From: Minisyncoccota bacterium
Lineage (GTDB): Bacteria; Patescibacteriota; Minisyncoccia; UBA6257
DNA length: 64,000 nucleotides
Assembly: GCA_035385585.1 (NCBI GenBank)
Contig: DAOOKJ010000002.1
Location: 595-64,594 of the forward strand
Reading direction: 5' to 3'
The position numbers and the translations under genes are program-made. Positions 19,126 through 29,948 of this stretch are shown in pieces. How positions within the stretch are numbered: the first letter of the stretch is position 1; each line of letters opens with the position of its first letter. The notes beneath the pieces were generated by a model. The model ran no database searches. It was given only the letters and a program-made list of their open reading frames with translations, and was not told the DNA's origin.

Positions 19126-19211
19126 AATTTGTGATGATTATTGTATTTTTTATGAATTTCTAAGTATTTCTATAAATTTCATATTATTTCATATTATTTT
19201 GATTTATTTTA

Positions 19212-19700
19212 ATGCCGTCAAAACCAATTTCTTACTTTTTTGCCATTTTGCTTTTCGCTGTTTTGCTTTTGATAGAAAGTTATCTTCACCCGTATTTTAC
19301 TTCCTTATTTTTTATCAACTGGCTGATAATTTTTATAATTTTTATCAATTTTAATTTTCCTTTTATTTTTGTTTTTCCTTTAGCCTTGATTTCTGCTTTA
19401 TTTTTTGATAGTCTTACTTTCAATTATTGGGGTGTTAATTTTGGTCTTTTTTTGTTAGTGATAATATTTCAAAAGTTGCTTTTAAAAATATTTGAAAAAA
19501 ACTCCTATCTTTCTTGGCTCATAGTTGGTGAACTATTAATTATTTTTTATTTTTTAGGTTTAACATTATCTTATCTTATATTAAAACAACCAATTTTTTA
19601 CCAAAATATTTTCCTTTCTTTAGTTTTAAACGCTTTAATTTATTGGCTCATCTTACAAATTTATAATCCGAAAATCTATAAAAAAAAGTTAACCTTATGA
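19212..19700 (+). CDS. mreD: MreD-like membrane protein
   Basis: Highly hydrophobic 162 aa between mreC and mrdA. Confidence 0.7.
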   Translation: MPSKPISYFFAILLFAVLLLIESYLHPYFTSLFFINWLIIFIIFINFNFPFIFVFPLALISALFFDSLTFNYWGVNFGLFLLVIIFQKLLLKIFEKNSYLSWLIVGELLIIFYFLGLTLSYLILKQPIFYQNIFLSLVLNALIYWLILQIYNPKIYKKKLTL

Positions 19701-19702
19701 TG

Positions 19703-19843
19703 TATACTGTCTACCTCACAGCCCCAACTGGCTTTCTCTTGAGCGAAGTGAAAGAAGTGAAAGCCGTTAACCCGAGAGTTTAGGCTGTGGCTCAGCGGCC
19801 GGAGTAAACCGACAGCAGGTGCGAAAGGATATTAGGACAGAAA
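19703..19843 (-). repeat. Family A element, decayed inverted full-length copy
   Basis: tcttgagcgaagtg...gagagtttaggctgtggctcagcggccggagtaaaccgacagcaggtgc aligns with the reverse complement of 8168-8300. Confidence 0.78.
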
Positions 19844-19862
19844 AAATCACTAAATTTCATTT

Positions 19863-21794
19863 ATGTTTCAGTCTAACTTTAAAATTAAAAGAAATAAAAA
19901 TATAATAGAACCAGAAGAAATACTACTGGAAGAAAGAAATGACAAAGAAAATTCGTATGGCAGATTAGAATGGACAATAAAACCTACTTACCTAAAAACA
20001 GTATTTTGGTTAAGTCTAGCATTCTTTCTAATAATTTTTGGGAGAGTTTTGTATTTGGAAGCAGTAAAAGGAAACTTGTATGCCCAAAGAGCGGAAAATA
20101 ATCGGCTCCGTTATTATTTCGTTAATGCCCCTCGGGGAATAATTTATGACCGTTATAATGAGCCATTAGTTGAAAACATTCCCTCTTATAGTTTAGTTAT
20201 GGTGCCTCCGGATTTGCCACAAGATGAAAATTCAAAAGATAAAATAGTTCAAGAAGTTTCTAATATCTTTAGTCTACCGCCGGAAGAAATTAATCGTCAT
20301 TTGACCAACAAAGATATCAGCCTAGAACCAGTTCTTTTAAAAACTAATTTGTCTATAGAAGAAGTAAGAAAATTTGAAACCACAGTAATAAATGCTTCAG
20401 GTTTTAAAATTGTTCAAGATAATAGCCGTTATTATCCTTATGCCGAAGCAATGGCTCACTTGGTTGGTTATGTCGGAAAAATGAGCGCGGAAGATATTAA
20501 AAAATATCCTAATTATCCCTTAACTTCAGTCGTTGGTAAAACAGGACTTGAAAGTTATTATGAAAAATATCTAGCAGGTTATTTCGGAAAGAAATTAATT
20601 GAGGTTGATGCTAGTTATAAAATTGTAAAGGATTTAGGCGCCCAAGAGCCGACCCCTGGCAGTGATTTAATTACAACAATTGATAAGGATTTACAGGTAG
20701 AATTATACAAAACACTTAAAAAATATAGTGATAATCTTGGTTTAAAGGGCGCAGCCGGTATTGCCTTAAATCCTTTAAATGGCGAAGTTCTTGCTTTGGT
20801 GAGCCTGCCGTCTTTTGACCCAAATATTTTGACAAAAGGCAGTCCTTCAAAAATAATTGAAAGTTATCTTACTAGTCAAAATTATCCTCTTTTTAATAGA
20901 GCAATTTCGGGATTGTATCATCCCGGCTCAACTATTAAACCTTTAATGGCAGTCGCGGCTTTAGAAGAACAAATTATTGACCCTGAAAAAGAAATTTACG
21001 ATGAAGGAGAAATTGTAATAGTCAGCCCCTATGACCCTAATCAAAAATATGTTTATAGAGACTGGAAGAAACATGACTGGGTTGATTTAAAAAAAGCAAT
21101 CGCCCAATCTTGTAATGTTTATTTTTGGACAGTTGGTGGCGGATATAAAGATATTAAAGGATTGGGAATAGAAAAAATAAAAAAATATTGGTTAGAATTC
21201 AATTTAGATAAAAAATTCAATATAGATTTAGGAGGCGAAACAGCCGGGGTTTTACCTGATCCCGAATGGATAAAAACTAACAGAGTTAATGATCCGACGT
21301 GGAAAATAGGAGATACTTACAATGTTTCTATTGGCGAAGGAAATCTCCTTTTGACACCTCTTCAAATTTTAAGTTATCTTTCCTCTATTGCTAATGGGGG
21401 TAAACTAATGAAGCCAATGATTGTAAAAAATATCATTTCTTCCTCAAATGAAAATGTTTTAGTTCAAGAATCTAAAGTTATAAAATCTATAAATGCTTCA
21501 GCCGAGACTCTTAAATTAGTCCAGGAAGGACTTAGGGAGGTTATATTATCCGGAACTGCTCAATCTTTAAAATATCTACCAATAGAAGTAGCAGGCAAAT
21601 CTGGTTCACCAAAATTTCTAATAGGTGGCAAAGAAGGATATCATGCAATGTTTGTTTCTTATGCTCCTTATGATAATCCAGACATTGCTTTAATTGTTCT
21701 TATTGAACAACCTCCGCCAAATACCGGTTCTGCCACCACCCTAGCAATCACAGAAGAAATTTTAAAATGGTACTACGAAAATAAAAAACTATGA
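19863..21794 (+). CDS. mrdA: Penicillin-binding protein 2
   Basis: APRGIIYDR, PGSTIK (SxxK), SCN, KSG. Confidence 0.93.
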   Translation: MFQSNFKIKRNKNIIEPEEILLEERNDKENSYGRLEWTIKPTYLKTVFWLSLAFFLIIFGRVLYLEAVKGNLYAQRAENNRLRYYFVNAPRGIIYDRYNEPLVENIPSYSLVMVPPDLPQDENSKDKIVQEVSNIFSLPPEEINRHLTNKDISLEPVLLKTNLSIEEVRKFETTVINASGFKIVQDNSRYYPYAEAMAHLVGYVGKMSAEDIKKYPNYPLTSVVGKTGLESYYEKYLAGYFGKKLIEVDASYKIVKDLGAQEPTPGSDLITTIDKDLQVELYKTLKKYSDNLGLKGAAGIALNPLNGEVLALVSLPSFDPNILTKGSPSKIIESYLTSQNYPLFNRAISGLYHPGSTIKPLMAVAALEEQIIDPEKEIYDEGEIVIVSPYDPNQKYVYRDWKKHDWVDLKKAIAQSCNVYFWTVGGGYKDIKGLGIEKIKKYWLEFNLDKKFNIDLGGETAGVLPDPEWIKTNRVNDPTWKIGDTYNVSIGEGNLLLTPLQILSYLSSIANGGKLMKPMIVKNIISSSNENVLVQESKVIKSINASAETLKLVQEGLREVILSGTAQSLKYLPIEVAGKSGSPKFLIGGKEGYHAMFVSYAPYDNPDIALIVLIEQPPPNTGSATTLAITEEILKWYYENKKL

Positions 21795-22258
21795 CTCAAT
21801 ATATTACCCCTGAAGCCTACCAAAAATTAAAAAAAGAATTGGAGGAGTTGAAAACTGTCAAACGTCAAGAAATCGCTCAAAGAATTAAAGAAGCCAAAGA
21901 TTTGGGAGATTTATCGGAAAATGCATCGTATCAAGAAGCAAAGGAAGCGCAATCTAAATTGGAAACGCAAATTTTGGAATTAGAATCCTACCTAAAAACT
22001 GTTACCTTAATTCATCATCCTAAAACTAATGGTAAATTAGTAGAGGTCGGTTCAACGGTCTTGGTTCAATCTTTAACTCCGCCCCGCGCCAAAAAAACCT
22101 TTATTATTACTGGTTCATTAGAAGCCAATCCTTTAGAAGGCAGAATTTCTAATGAATCGCCATTAGGCCAAGCCTTTTTGAAAAAGAAAAAAGGAGATAT
22201 AGTAGTTGTCAAAACCCCTAAAGGTGAGGTAAAATATAAGATACTGAAGATAACGTAA
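21791..22258 (+). CDS. greA: Transcription elongation factor GreA
   Basis: GDLSENASY, ISNESPLG. Confidence 0.95.
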   Translation: MTQYITPEAYQKLKKELEELKTVKRQEIAQRIKEAKDLGDLSENASYQEAKEAQSKLETQILELESYLKTVTLIHHPKTNGKLVEVGSTVLVQSLTPPRAKKTFIITGSLEANPLEGRISNESPLGQAFLKKKKGDIVVVKTPKGEVKYKILKIT

Positions 22259-22399
22259 TCTGTATTCTGTATATTGTATTCAGTATTCTGATTGAGATAA
22301 CAATTTAAAATTTAGAGGATTATGAGTTTAACTTTTAACTTATCTTTTGGATCTTTGAGTTTTAATTTTTAATTTTTTATTTATTATTTTTTATTTATT

Positions 22400-23842
22400 A
22401 TGTTAGACGATATTATCAAAGAAAGAATAAAGAAATTAGAAGAGTTAGAAAAGCAAGGAATTGACCCTTATCCAGAATTTTGTTCTCGGCAATTTTCTTT
22501 AGAGGAAGTTTTAGATAATTTTAGCCTCTGGTCAAAAAAGAAAAAGAAAATAGATGTCGCTGGTAGAATTATGGCTAAAAGGGGACATGGGGGAGTAATA
22601 TTTTCTGATATAAAAGACGAAAAGGGGAAACTTCAGTTAGTGTTTAAGGAAGATAAATTAGGCACAAACCTGATGCAGTTTTTTGAGAAATATTTTGATA
22701 CTGGAGATTTTATTGATGCAAGCGGTACTCTTTTTCTTACTAAAAGCGGTGAAAAAAGTCTTTTAGTTTCAAATTTTCAACTTTTAGCTAAAAGTCTGCG
22801 ACCTTTGCCCAAAGCCTGGTATGGATTAGAAGATATCGAAGAAAGATACCGTCGACGTTATCTTGATTTAATTTTAAATGATGAAGTAAAAGAAAGATTT
22901 ATTTTGCGGTCTAAAATTATTTGTCTTATTCGGGAGTTTTTAAACAAAGAAGGGTATTTAGAAGTAGAAACTCCTGTCTTACAACCGGTTTATGGCGGAG
23001 CCAATGCCGAGCCTTTTATTACCGAACTCAAGGCGCTTAACAGTAAACTTTATTTAAGAATTGCGCCGGAATTATATCTAAAGAGGCTAATAATTGGCAG
23101 TTTTAATAAAATTTATGAAATAGGCAAAAATTTTAGAAACGAAGGAATTGACAGAGAACATAATCCTGAATTTAGCATGCTTGAACTTTACGCTGCTTAT
23201 CAGAACTCCAATGATTTAAAAGTTTTAATTCAAAACTTACTTACTTTTATTGTTAAAAATTTAAATAAAGATTTGCCTAAACCGATAACTTTGCCAAGAA
23301 AATGGCAGGAAATTGACTACGAAAAGTTTCTTTTTAAAAAAACTGGGTTACAACTTCAAGATTCACACAATGAGTGGTTTAAAAAAGCAATAGAATTAAA
23401 AATAGAAGTTAACGCTAATGAAGAAAAGGAAAAGATTTGGGATACGTTTTTTAAGAAGTTCCGGACGGAAATCAAAGAACCAACTTTTATTATAAATCAT
23501 CCAATTGAGATATCGCCCTTGGCTAAAAAATCAAAAGATGCACCGGCTAAAGTCAGCCGTTTCCAACTTATTTTTAAAGGCTGGGAAATAGTTAATGCTT
23601 TTTCTGAATTAAATAATCCCTTGGAGCAAAAACAAAGATTTGAGGTTCAGGTAAAGAAAAGAAAAAAAGGAGATTTAGAAGCCCACCCGAAAGATGTAGA
23701 ATTTATTGAAGCGTTAGAATACGGAATGCCGCCAACCGCCGGCTTAGGCCTTGGAATAGATAGATTAGTGGCAGTTTTAACTGATGCCCCTTCTTTAAAA
23801 GAAATAATTTTCTTTCCATTTATGAAGCCGAAAGAAAAATAA
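22400..23842 (+). CDS. lysS: Lysine--tRNA ligase (class II)
   Basis: YLRIAPELYLKRL, FRNEG, EYGMPPTAGLG. Confidence 0.96.
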   Translation: MLDDIIKERIKKLEELEKQGIDPYPEFCSRQFSLEEVLDNFSLWSKKKKKIDVAGRIMAKRGHGGVIFSDIKDEKGKLQLVFKEDKLGTNLMQFFEKYFDTGDFIDASGTLFLTKSGEKSLLVSNFQLLAKSLRPLPKAWYGLEDIEERYRRRYLDLILNDEVKERFILRSKIICLIREFLNKEGYLEVETPVLQPVYGGANAEPFITELKALNSKLYLRIAPELYLKRLIIGSFNKIYEIGKNFRNEGIDREHNPEFSMLELYAAYQNSNDLKVLIQNLLTFIVKNLNKDLPKPITLPRKWQEIDYEKFLFKKTGLQLQDSHNEWFKKAIELKIEVNANEEKEKIWDTFFKKFRTEIKEPTFIINHPIEISPLAKKSKDAPAKVSRFQLIFKGWEIVNAFSELNNPLEQKQRFEVQVKKRKKGDLEAHPKDVEFIEALEYGMPPTAGLGLGIDRLVAVLTDAPSLKEIIFFPFMKPKEK

Positions 23843-23845
23843 AAT

Positions 23846-25120
23846 ATGTTAGACATCAGATTTATTCTTCAACATCCAGAAGAAGTTAAAAAAGGACTTC
23901 AAAATAAAGGCGTTGATTCATCTTTGGTAGATGAAGTTTTAGATTTAGACACAAAAAGAAGAGAATTAATTAAAAAAATAGAAGAATTAAGGGCAAAAAG
24001 AAACATTGCTAATGAGAAATTACTCAAAGCATCTAATCAAGAAAAAGAAGAGATTTTAAAAGTGTTGAAAGAGGTTAAAATAGTTTTAGTGCAACAGGAA
24101 AAAGAATTGAAAAAAATAGAGGAAAGTTTTAAAAAGAAAATGAGTTTATTGCCAAATCTGCCGCTTCAAGATGTTCCAATTGGGGTTAATGAAACTGGCA
24201 ATGTGGTAATAAAAGAAGTTGGCAAAAAGCCAGTTTTTAATTTTTCTCCCAAAGATTATATTCAAATTTCCGAAAATCTGGATATTATTGATGTTAAAAG
24301 GGCGGCCAAAACTTCTGGTTCCCGTTTTGGTTTTCTTAAAAAAGAAGGGGCGCTATTAGAATTAGGTTTAATTCAGTTTGCTGTTGAATTGCTATTTAAA
24401 AAAGGATTTGAAATAATAATTCCTCCTACTTTGATAAAACCAGAATTAATGTGGGCAATGGGTTATGTTGATAGAGGGAAAGAAGAGATATATTATCTGG
24501 AAAAAGACAATCTATATTTAATTGGGACGGCGGAACAAATCATTGGCCCAATGTTTGCTGGCGAGATATTTAATGAAAATGAACTTCCAAAAAGAATTGC
24601 CGCTTTTTCTTCCTGCTACCGCCGAGAAGCAGGATCCTATGGAAAAGATACAAAAGGAATTTTAAGAGTTCATCAATTTGATAAAGTAGAAATGTTTGTT
24701 TTTTCGAAACCAGAAGATTCTATAAAAGAACACCAATTTCTTTTATCAATTGAGGAAGAGATAATGCAAAAATTGGGTATTCCTTACCGTATAATCAGTA
24801 TTTGTACTGGCGATTTAGGCGACCCAGCCGCTTCCAAATACGACATTGAAGCTTGGCTGCCGGGCCAAAATGATGGAAAAGGGGAGTATCGGGAGACCCA
24901 TTCTACTTCTAATTGCACTGATTTTCAGGCAAGAAGGCTAAATACCAAATATAAAACAAAAAATGGTTTAAAATTTGTTCATACTCTAAACGGTACTGCC
25001 ACAGCCATTGGCAGGACTATTATTGCCATTATTGAAAACTATCAAACAAAAGAAGGTTTTGTGAAAATTCCAAAAGTTTTGTGGAAGTATGCCAATGGAG
25101 TGAGGATTATCAAAAGGTGA
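23846..25120 (+). CDS. serS: Serine--tRNA ligase
   Basis: MLDIRFI, GTAE, RREAGSYGKD, HQFDKVE, HTLNGT. Confidence 0.96.
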   Translation: MLDIRFILQHPEEVKKGLQNKGVDSSLVDEVLDLDTKRRELIKKIEELRAKRNIANEKLLKASNQEKEEILKVLKEVKIVLVQQEKELKKIEESFKKKMSLLPNLPLQDVPIGVNETGNVVIKEVGKKPVFNFSPKDYIQISENLDIIDVKRAAKTSGSRFGFLKKEGALLELGLIQFAVELLFKKGFEIIIPPTLIKPELMWAMGYVDRGKEEIYYLEKDNLYLIGTAEQIIGPMFAGEIFNENELPKRIAAFSSCYRREAGSYGKDTKGILRVHQFDKVEMFVFSKPEDSIKEHQFLLSIEEEIMQKLGIPYRIISICTGDLGDPAASKYDIEAWLPGQNDGKGEYRETHSTSNCTDFQARRLNTKYKTKNGLKFVHTLNGTATAIGRTIIAIIENYQTKEGFVKIPKVLWKYANGVRIIKR

Positions 25121-25147
25121 TAAATCTCTGCTCTAATATGGCTGAAA

Positions 25148-26026
25148 GTGTTGGGGCATCCTAGAAATAGACATTCTAAAACAAAATCTGAACCTGCTAT
25201 GAAAGTGAAAAAGAGCCAAAGAATAATTCAGAAGCAAAAGCAAAAAATTAAGAAATTTTTTCTTGCTTTTGGAATTATTTTGTTGGGGTTTTTTAGTTAC
25301 TGGCTTATTTTCCTTTCTAATTTCTTTCAGATTAAACAAATTAATATTGTAGACAATCCCTCTTTTCTTTTGGAAGATGTTAACCAATATTTCAAGCAAA
25401 GAAACGCGAAATTCGTTCCTATTATTATCTATAAAATCTTTCCAGATTATCAAAAAAACTACCGAAATATGCTTTTATTTTCCAAAAGTGACCTTACTTC
25501 ATTTTTAAGAAATAAGCATCCCGATATTAACGAAATAACTCTAAATTTATCAATTGCTAATCAAACCCTTGATATACAAACAACTTTAAGAGAATCAGAA
25601 TATATTTTTTGCCAGCAAGAAGATTCTAATTGTTACTTTGTTGACAAAAATGGTGTTATTTTTGAACAAGCTCCTTCAAGCACTGGTTCTTTAATCAAGC
25701 AAATAATCAGCCAAAAACCTGTAAAATTTCAATTTGGTCAAATTCTTATTACTAAAGATTTGTGGCAAAGAATTGAAAAATTATTTCTTTTAACAGCAGG
25801 GGAGCAATCTCCTTTCAAAATAGAATCAATTTATATAGACCCAGATAACCTTTCATCTTTAAAAATCAAAACACAGGAGGGTTGGTTTCTATATTTTAAT
25901 CTCAACGAAAATCTTGAGTATCTTTTAAAAGTAATCCAAGAACTTAAAGAATCAAGAGGAAACAAAGGTTTTTCTCAAATAGAATATCTTGACTGCCGCT
26001 TTTTACCGAAAATCTATATAAAATGA
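25148..26026 (+). CDS. FtsQ/DivIB-like membrane protein
   Basis: Basic N-terminus, TM helix, POTRA-like segment, C-terminal YLDCRF. Confidence 0.6.
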   Translation: MLGHPRNRHSKTKSEPAMKVKKSQRIIQKQKQKIKKFFLAFGIILLGFFSYWLIFLSNFFQIKQINIVDNPSFLLEDVNQYFKQRNAKFVPIIIYKIFPDYQKNYRNMLLFSKSDLTSFLRNKHPDINEITLNLSIANQTLDIQTTLRESEYIFCQQEDSNCYFVDKNGVIFEQAPSSTGSLIKQIISQKPVKFQFGQILITKDLWQRIEKLFLLTAGEQSPFKIESIYIDPDNLSSLKIKTQEGWFLYFNLNENLEYLLKVIQELKESRGNKGFSQIEYLDCRFLPKIYIK

Positions 26027-26095
26027 GAGTATTGTGGTATAATTAATATATCCATTTATAGCAATGTAACAATTTAACAAGGTAGCAATTTTTTT

Positions 26096-26476
26096 ATGCC
26101 TGAAAAAGAATTAAAAATAATAAGCAAAAGGATTGAAGAAAAAAAATCTCATATTGAAAAAGCCGGTCTTCCAGCCCAGCCGGAAGAATTATTGGTAAGA
26201 GAAACTATTAGTGAGAGGATAGAGGAATCGCTAAAAAATCTACCGCCAATCTCTTCTGATTCAGGCGGCCAACCTTTCACTTCTTCTTTTGCAAAAAGAG
26301 CGGATGATGAAAATCAAAAAAAGCTTCGTGAGTTGGTAGCGCTTGCTTTTGACGAAAGTATTCCTAAAGCAGTCAATTTAGCGCGCAAAACCGGCAATTT
26401 CCACTTGATAGATTCCCTTCATGACAAATTAGTTTTAGCCTTTATTGAGAAAATAAATAAAGAAAAAGCAATATGA
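26096..26476 (+). CDS. Hypothetical protein coupled to the downstream ATPase
   Basis: 126-aa ORF overlapping the next start by 4 nt; IDSLHDKL tail. Confidence 0.7.
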   Translation: MPEKELKIISKRIEEKKSHIEKAGLPAQPEELLVRETISERIEESLKNLPPISSDSGGQPFTSSFAKRADDENQKKLRELVALAFDESIPKAVNLARKTGNFHLIDSLHDKLVLAFIEKINKEKAI

Positions 26477-28860
26477 ATGCTCTTCTTGCTATTTTAATTG
26501 GTTCGATTGTTTTGATTGTTTTATTATATATTCTTTTCTCTAAAGTTGTTTTTCGTCAAGAAGTAAAAGGCAGTTTAGAGTATCGTTTATTTTTAGTAAA
26601 GGTTCCAAGAGATTTTATCTCTGAAGAACAAAAACAACAAGCCAAAAATTTTTCTCTTTTTGCCAGTTTCTTTGAGCAAATACTTGAAGCTTTTAGTAAA
26701 TATAAAAAGGATTTAATTTTTGAACTGGCAACCCCTTATGATACCAAAGAAATTTGTTTTTACTTTGCCTGCCATAATAAAGACAGCGACTTTGCTATTA
26801 AAAATATCAGCGCTCTTTTCCCTTATATTCAAATTGATGAAATAACGGAAGATTATACTATTTTTTCTCCCAATGGTAAAACCGCTGGCGCTTATCTGAA
26901 ACTGACAAATCATTATGCTCTGCCAATAAAAACTTTTAAAAACTTTGAACAGGACCCAATGGAAACTATTGTCACAGCTTTTACTAAAATTGAACAATTG
27001 GAAGGGGCGGCAATCCAAATTATTCTAAAGCCAGCGGCTGAATCCTGCAAAAAAAGCATTTTAAATATTCGTAAATCTCTAATGGAAGGGAAAGATTTAA
27101 AAGAGGCAATTGCTTTGCCAAAAGATGTTATTTTAAAAACCTTGAAAGAATCAGCTAAAACGAAAAACAAAGAGCAAGAAAAAAATAAGGAAATTACTCC
27201 TCCTAAAATAGACGAAAACCTTATAAAAGCAATTGAAGAAAAAAGTCAGTGTCCTCTTTTCAGTGTGAACCTTCGTTTGATCACCTCGGCTGAAACCCAA
27301 AATCGGGCAAACGATATCTTGGCTCACCTGGAAGGAGCCTTTATGCCCCTAAATAATCCCGTGGGAAATATCTTCAAGGTTATTAAACTTAAGGTTAATA
27401 GAGTTTTAAAAAAATTCGTTTATCTTTTTGCCTTCCGTATTTTTGAACAAAAAACCAGCATTGTTTTAAACTCTTTAGAAATTGCGACAATTTTTCATTT
27501 TCCTCACCCATTCATTGATAATTCCCAAATTAAATGGCTAAAAGCCAGAAGCGCGCCTGCGCCTTTAAATCTTCCTCAAACAGGGGCTTTATTGGGAATT
27601 AATTTTTACAGCGGAGAGGAAAAACAAGTAAGAATTTTAGATGAAGATCGTCGGCGTCATATTTATATTGTTGGTCAAACTGGCACCGGTAAAAGCACTT
27701 TGTTAAAAAATATGTTAATTGAAGATATAAATTCCGGCAAAGGTGTGTGTTTTATTGATCCTCACGGCGATACCGCGGAAGAAATGCTTGGTTTTATTCC
27801 GGAGAATCGTTTTCAAGAAGTAATTTATTTTAATCCTGGCGACTATAAACGCTCTTTCGGTTTGAATATGCTTGATTGGGATAAACGTTTTCCTTTCCAG
27901 AAATCTGCCATTTCCAATGAAATGATAGAAATTTTTGATAAACTTTATGATTTAAAGACAACCGGTGGGCCGATTTTTGAACAGTATTTTAGAAACGCCC
28001 TCCTCTTGTTATTAGACGATCCGAACGAAACACATACTTTAATAGACTTGCCAAGAGTTTTAACTAATCCTGATTACCGAAAAAAACTTTTAGAAACTAC
28101 TCCCAATCCTTTAACCAAAGAATTCTGGATAAAAGAGGCGGAAAAAGCCGGTGGAGATTTAGCCCTGGCAAATGTGGCGCCCTATATTAATTCAAAACTT
28201 AATCCGTTTCTTGCTAATGACCTCGTCAGGCCAATCATTGGTCAGATTCACTCTTCAGTTGATTTCAGGAAAATAATGGACGAGGGAAAAATTTTTATTG
28301 TCAATCTCTCCAAAGGAATGTTAGGCGATATTAACAGCTACCTCTTGGGAATGATAATTGTGGGAAAACTTCTAATGGCTTCTTTTTCAAGAGTAGATAT
28401 TCCAGAAGAACAGAGAAAAGATTTCTACCTCTATATTGATGAATTCCAAAACATTACCACTGATACCGTTGCCACTATTTTTTCTGAAGCCCGTAAATAT
28501 CGATTAGATTTAACTGTTGCCAACCAATATCTTGCCCAATTAAAAGAACCAATTTTAAAAGCGGTTTTTGGCAATGTCGGAACTTTAATTTCTTTTAGGG
28601 TAGGAAAAGACGACGCGGATATTCTAGCAAAATATTTTGACCCGGTTTTCAACGCTTATGACTTAATGAATTTAGACAACTTCAATGCCTATATTAAGTT
28701 AATGATTCAAAACCAGACTTCCCGCGCTTTTAATATAAAAACTCTAAAATCGCCTCCACCAGATATTCAAAAAATAAACTATCTGAAAGAATTTTCTTCT
28801 TTGCAATACACCACTCCTCGTGAAGAAGTAGAAATGGAAATAAGAAAGAGATACGAGTAA
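26473..28860 (+). CDS. VirD4/TraD/TrwB-like (DUF87) membrane-anchored ATPase
   Basis: N-terminal TM, RRRHIYIVGQTGTGKS, IDPHGD, YIDEFQN, SEARKY. Confidence 0.88.
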   Translation: MNALLAILIGSIVLIVLLYILFSKVVFRQEVKGSLEYRLFLVKVPRDFISEEQKQQAKNFSLFASFFEQILEAFSKYKKDLIFELATPYDTKEICFYFACHNKDSDFAIKNISALFPYIQIDEITEDYTIFSPNGKTAGAYLKLTNHYALPIKTFKNFEQDPMETIVTAFTKIEQLEGAAIQIILKPAAESCKKSILNIRKSLMEGKDLKEAIALPKDVILKTLKESAKTKNKEQEKNKEITPPKIDENLIKAIEEKSQCPLFSVNLRLITSAETQNRANDILAHLEGAFMPLNNPVGNIFKVIKLKVNRVLKKFVYLFAFRIFEQKTSIVLNSLEIATIFHFPHPFIDNSQIKWLKARSAPAPLNLPQTGALLGINFYSGEEKQVRILDEDRRRHIYIVGQTGTGKSTLLKNMLIEDINSGKGVCFIDPHGDTAEEMLGFIPENRFQEVIYFNPGDYKRSFGLNMLDWDKRFPFQKSAISNEMIEIFDKLYDLKTTGGPIFEQYFRNALLLLLDDPNETHTLIDLPRVLTNPDYRKKLLETTPNPLTKEFWIKEAEKAGGDLALANVAPYINSKLNPFLANDLVRPIIGQIHSSVDFRKIMDEGKIFIVNLSKGMLGDINSYLLGMIIVGKLLMASFSRVDIPEEQRKDFYLYIDEFQNITTDTVATIFSEARKYRLDLTVANQYLAQLKEPILKAVFGNVGTLISFRVGKDDADILAKYFDPVFNAYDLMNLDNFNAYIKLMIQNQTSRAFNIKTLKSPPPDIQKINYLKEFSSLQYTTPREEVEMEIRKRYE

Positions 28861-28861
28861 T

Positions 28862-28885
28862 AAAAAAAGAGGGCAAATTGCCCTC
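28862..28885 (-). terminator. Intrinsic terminator of the minus-strand orphan operon
   Basis: gagggcaa-a-ttgccctc stem preceded by A7 (U-tract on the minus strand). Confidence 0.7.
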
Positions 28886-28899
28886 AAATCTATCTTAGT

Positions 28900-29727
28900 C
28901 TATATTAACATAGTAAGCGACATAAATCGTGCTTCTTCTTTGCTGCTTCTGCCTTGTGAGATTAAATGGTGAGAATAAAAAAGACTATCAGAATCAGTTG
29001 TATGATATGCAGAACAACAAACAGTCATTGAAACTATAGGTACTTTCTTCTCAAACTCTTCTAACTGTTTTATGACTTCTCGATGAATATCAATAAAAAT
29101 TTCCTTTTGAGTTGTTTGATAGGTATTAAATTGATATCTGGCAGCCGGTCCGATAATAACAAACAATTCAAAGTTAGGATTAGAACTAGAAACTAATTTT
29201 ATTTTTCCCCTAGTATCATAGATTGCAGCAAGATATAGACCATGCAGAATTTCTAGAGCATCTTGAATAATGGCAATATTTTTCCTAGAAACATGAACAA
29301 GCATAAGGGTATCCGAAGATGGAAGATAAATACTTACCGGCGCACAATCAGCTGCCACAAACCCTAATGGAATTATAGGAGTAGGTTTTAGAAAAAGTAA
29401 CCCATCGCATTTCAAGGAAGAAAGCTTTAACCATCCTTCACCAGACATTTCTTTTTCTACTAATATGATTTCTTCAGACATTTGTGGATTCAGAATAATT
29501 GGTTCTAAAATTTTTCTAGACTTTTTTATCTCTGAAACTTTATGCAGTAGGTCAGACCAAAATACCTCTCTGTTTGCTTTAACTTGTTCGTGAGGACCAT
29601 ACTTATACGACATATTCCCGTACAATCTGGTACTATTTACCTGAACAAGCCTTTCTAACTGAATGAAGTGGATAATTCTTCCCTCTATATCTACTAATTT
29701 TTCTTCCCCTTTTTCATTTATTGTCAT
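28900..29727 (-). CDS. Divergent YfiH/PgeF (laccase-domain) family protein
   Basis: GNMS, CDGL, ADCAPV, H, IGPA, FYSH...RF motifs; SD AGGAGGT. Confidence 0.65.
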   Translation of the reverse strand: MTINEKGEEKLVDIEGRIIHFIQLERLVQVNSTRLYGNMSYKYGPHEQVKANREVFWSDLLHKVSEIKKSRKILEPIILNPQMSEEIILVEKEMSGEGWLKLSSLKCDGLLFLKPTPIIPLGFVAADCAPVSIYLPSSDTLMLVHVSRKNIAIIQDALEILHGLYLAAIYDTRGKIKLVSSSNPNFELFVIIGPAARYQFNTYQTTQKEIFIDIHREVIKQLEEFEKKVPIVSMTVCCSAYHTTDSDSLFYSHHLISQGRSSKEEARFMSLTMLI

Positions 29728-29947
29728 TTCTTACCTCCTTTTTACTTTCAAGAACATCTTCTACTCTTTGTTTCAAGTTTGCTATATTAGTATCAAGAAG
29801 TTTAGTTCCAAAATTGGATTCAGTGGAAAATAAAACTACCATAATAATGGGATCAGTAGATAAATTGTCTTCGCATATTCCTATTTCATACTTCTTGAGT
29901 TTTTTTTCTTTTAATTTTGCCCTTAAAAAATTCATTAACTCTTCCAT
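29714..29947 (-). CDS. Hypothetical protein
   Basis: 77 aa, SD AAGGAGG, overlaps the next gene. Confidence 0.6.
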   Translation of the reverse strand: MEELMNFLRAKLKEKKLKKYEIGICEDNLSTDPIIMVVLFSTESNFGTKLLDTNIANLKQRVEDVLESKKEVRNDNK

Positions 29948-29948
29948 T

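Noticed and set aside
26473-28860. Conjugative element
   Set aside because: Lone coupling-type ATPase among housekeeping genes; no relaxase or mating-pair genes.
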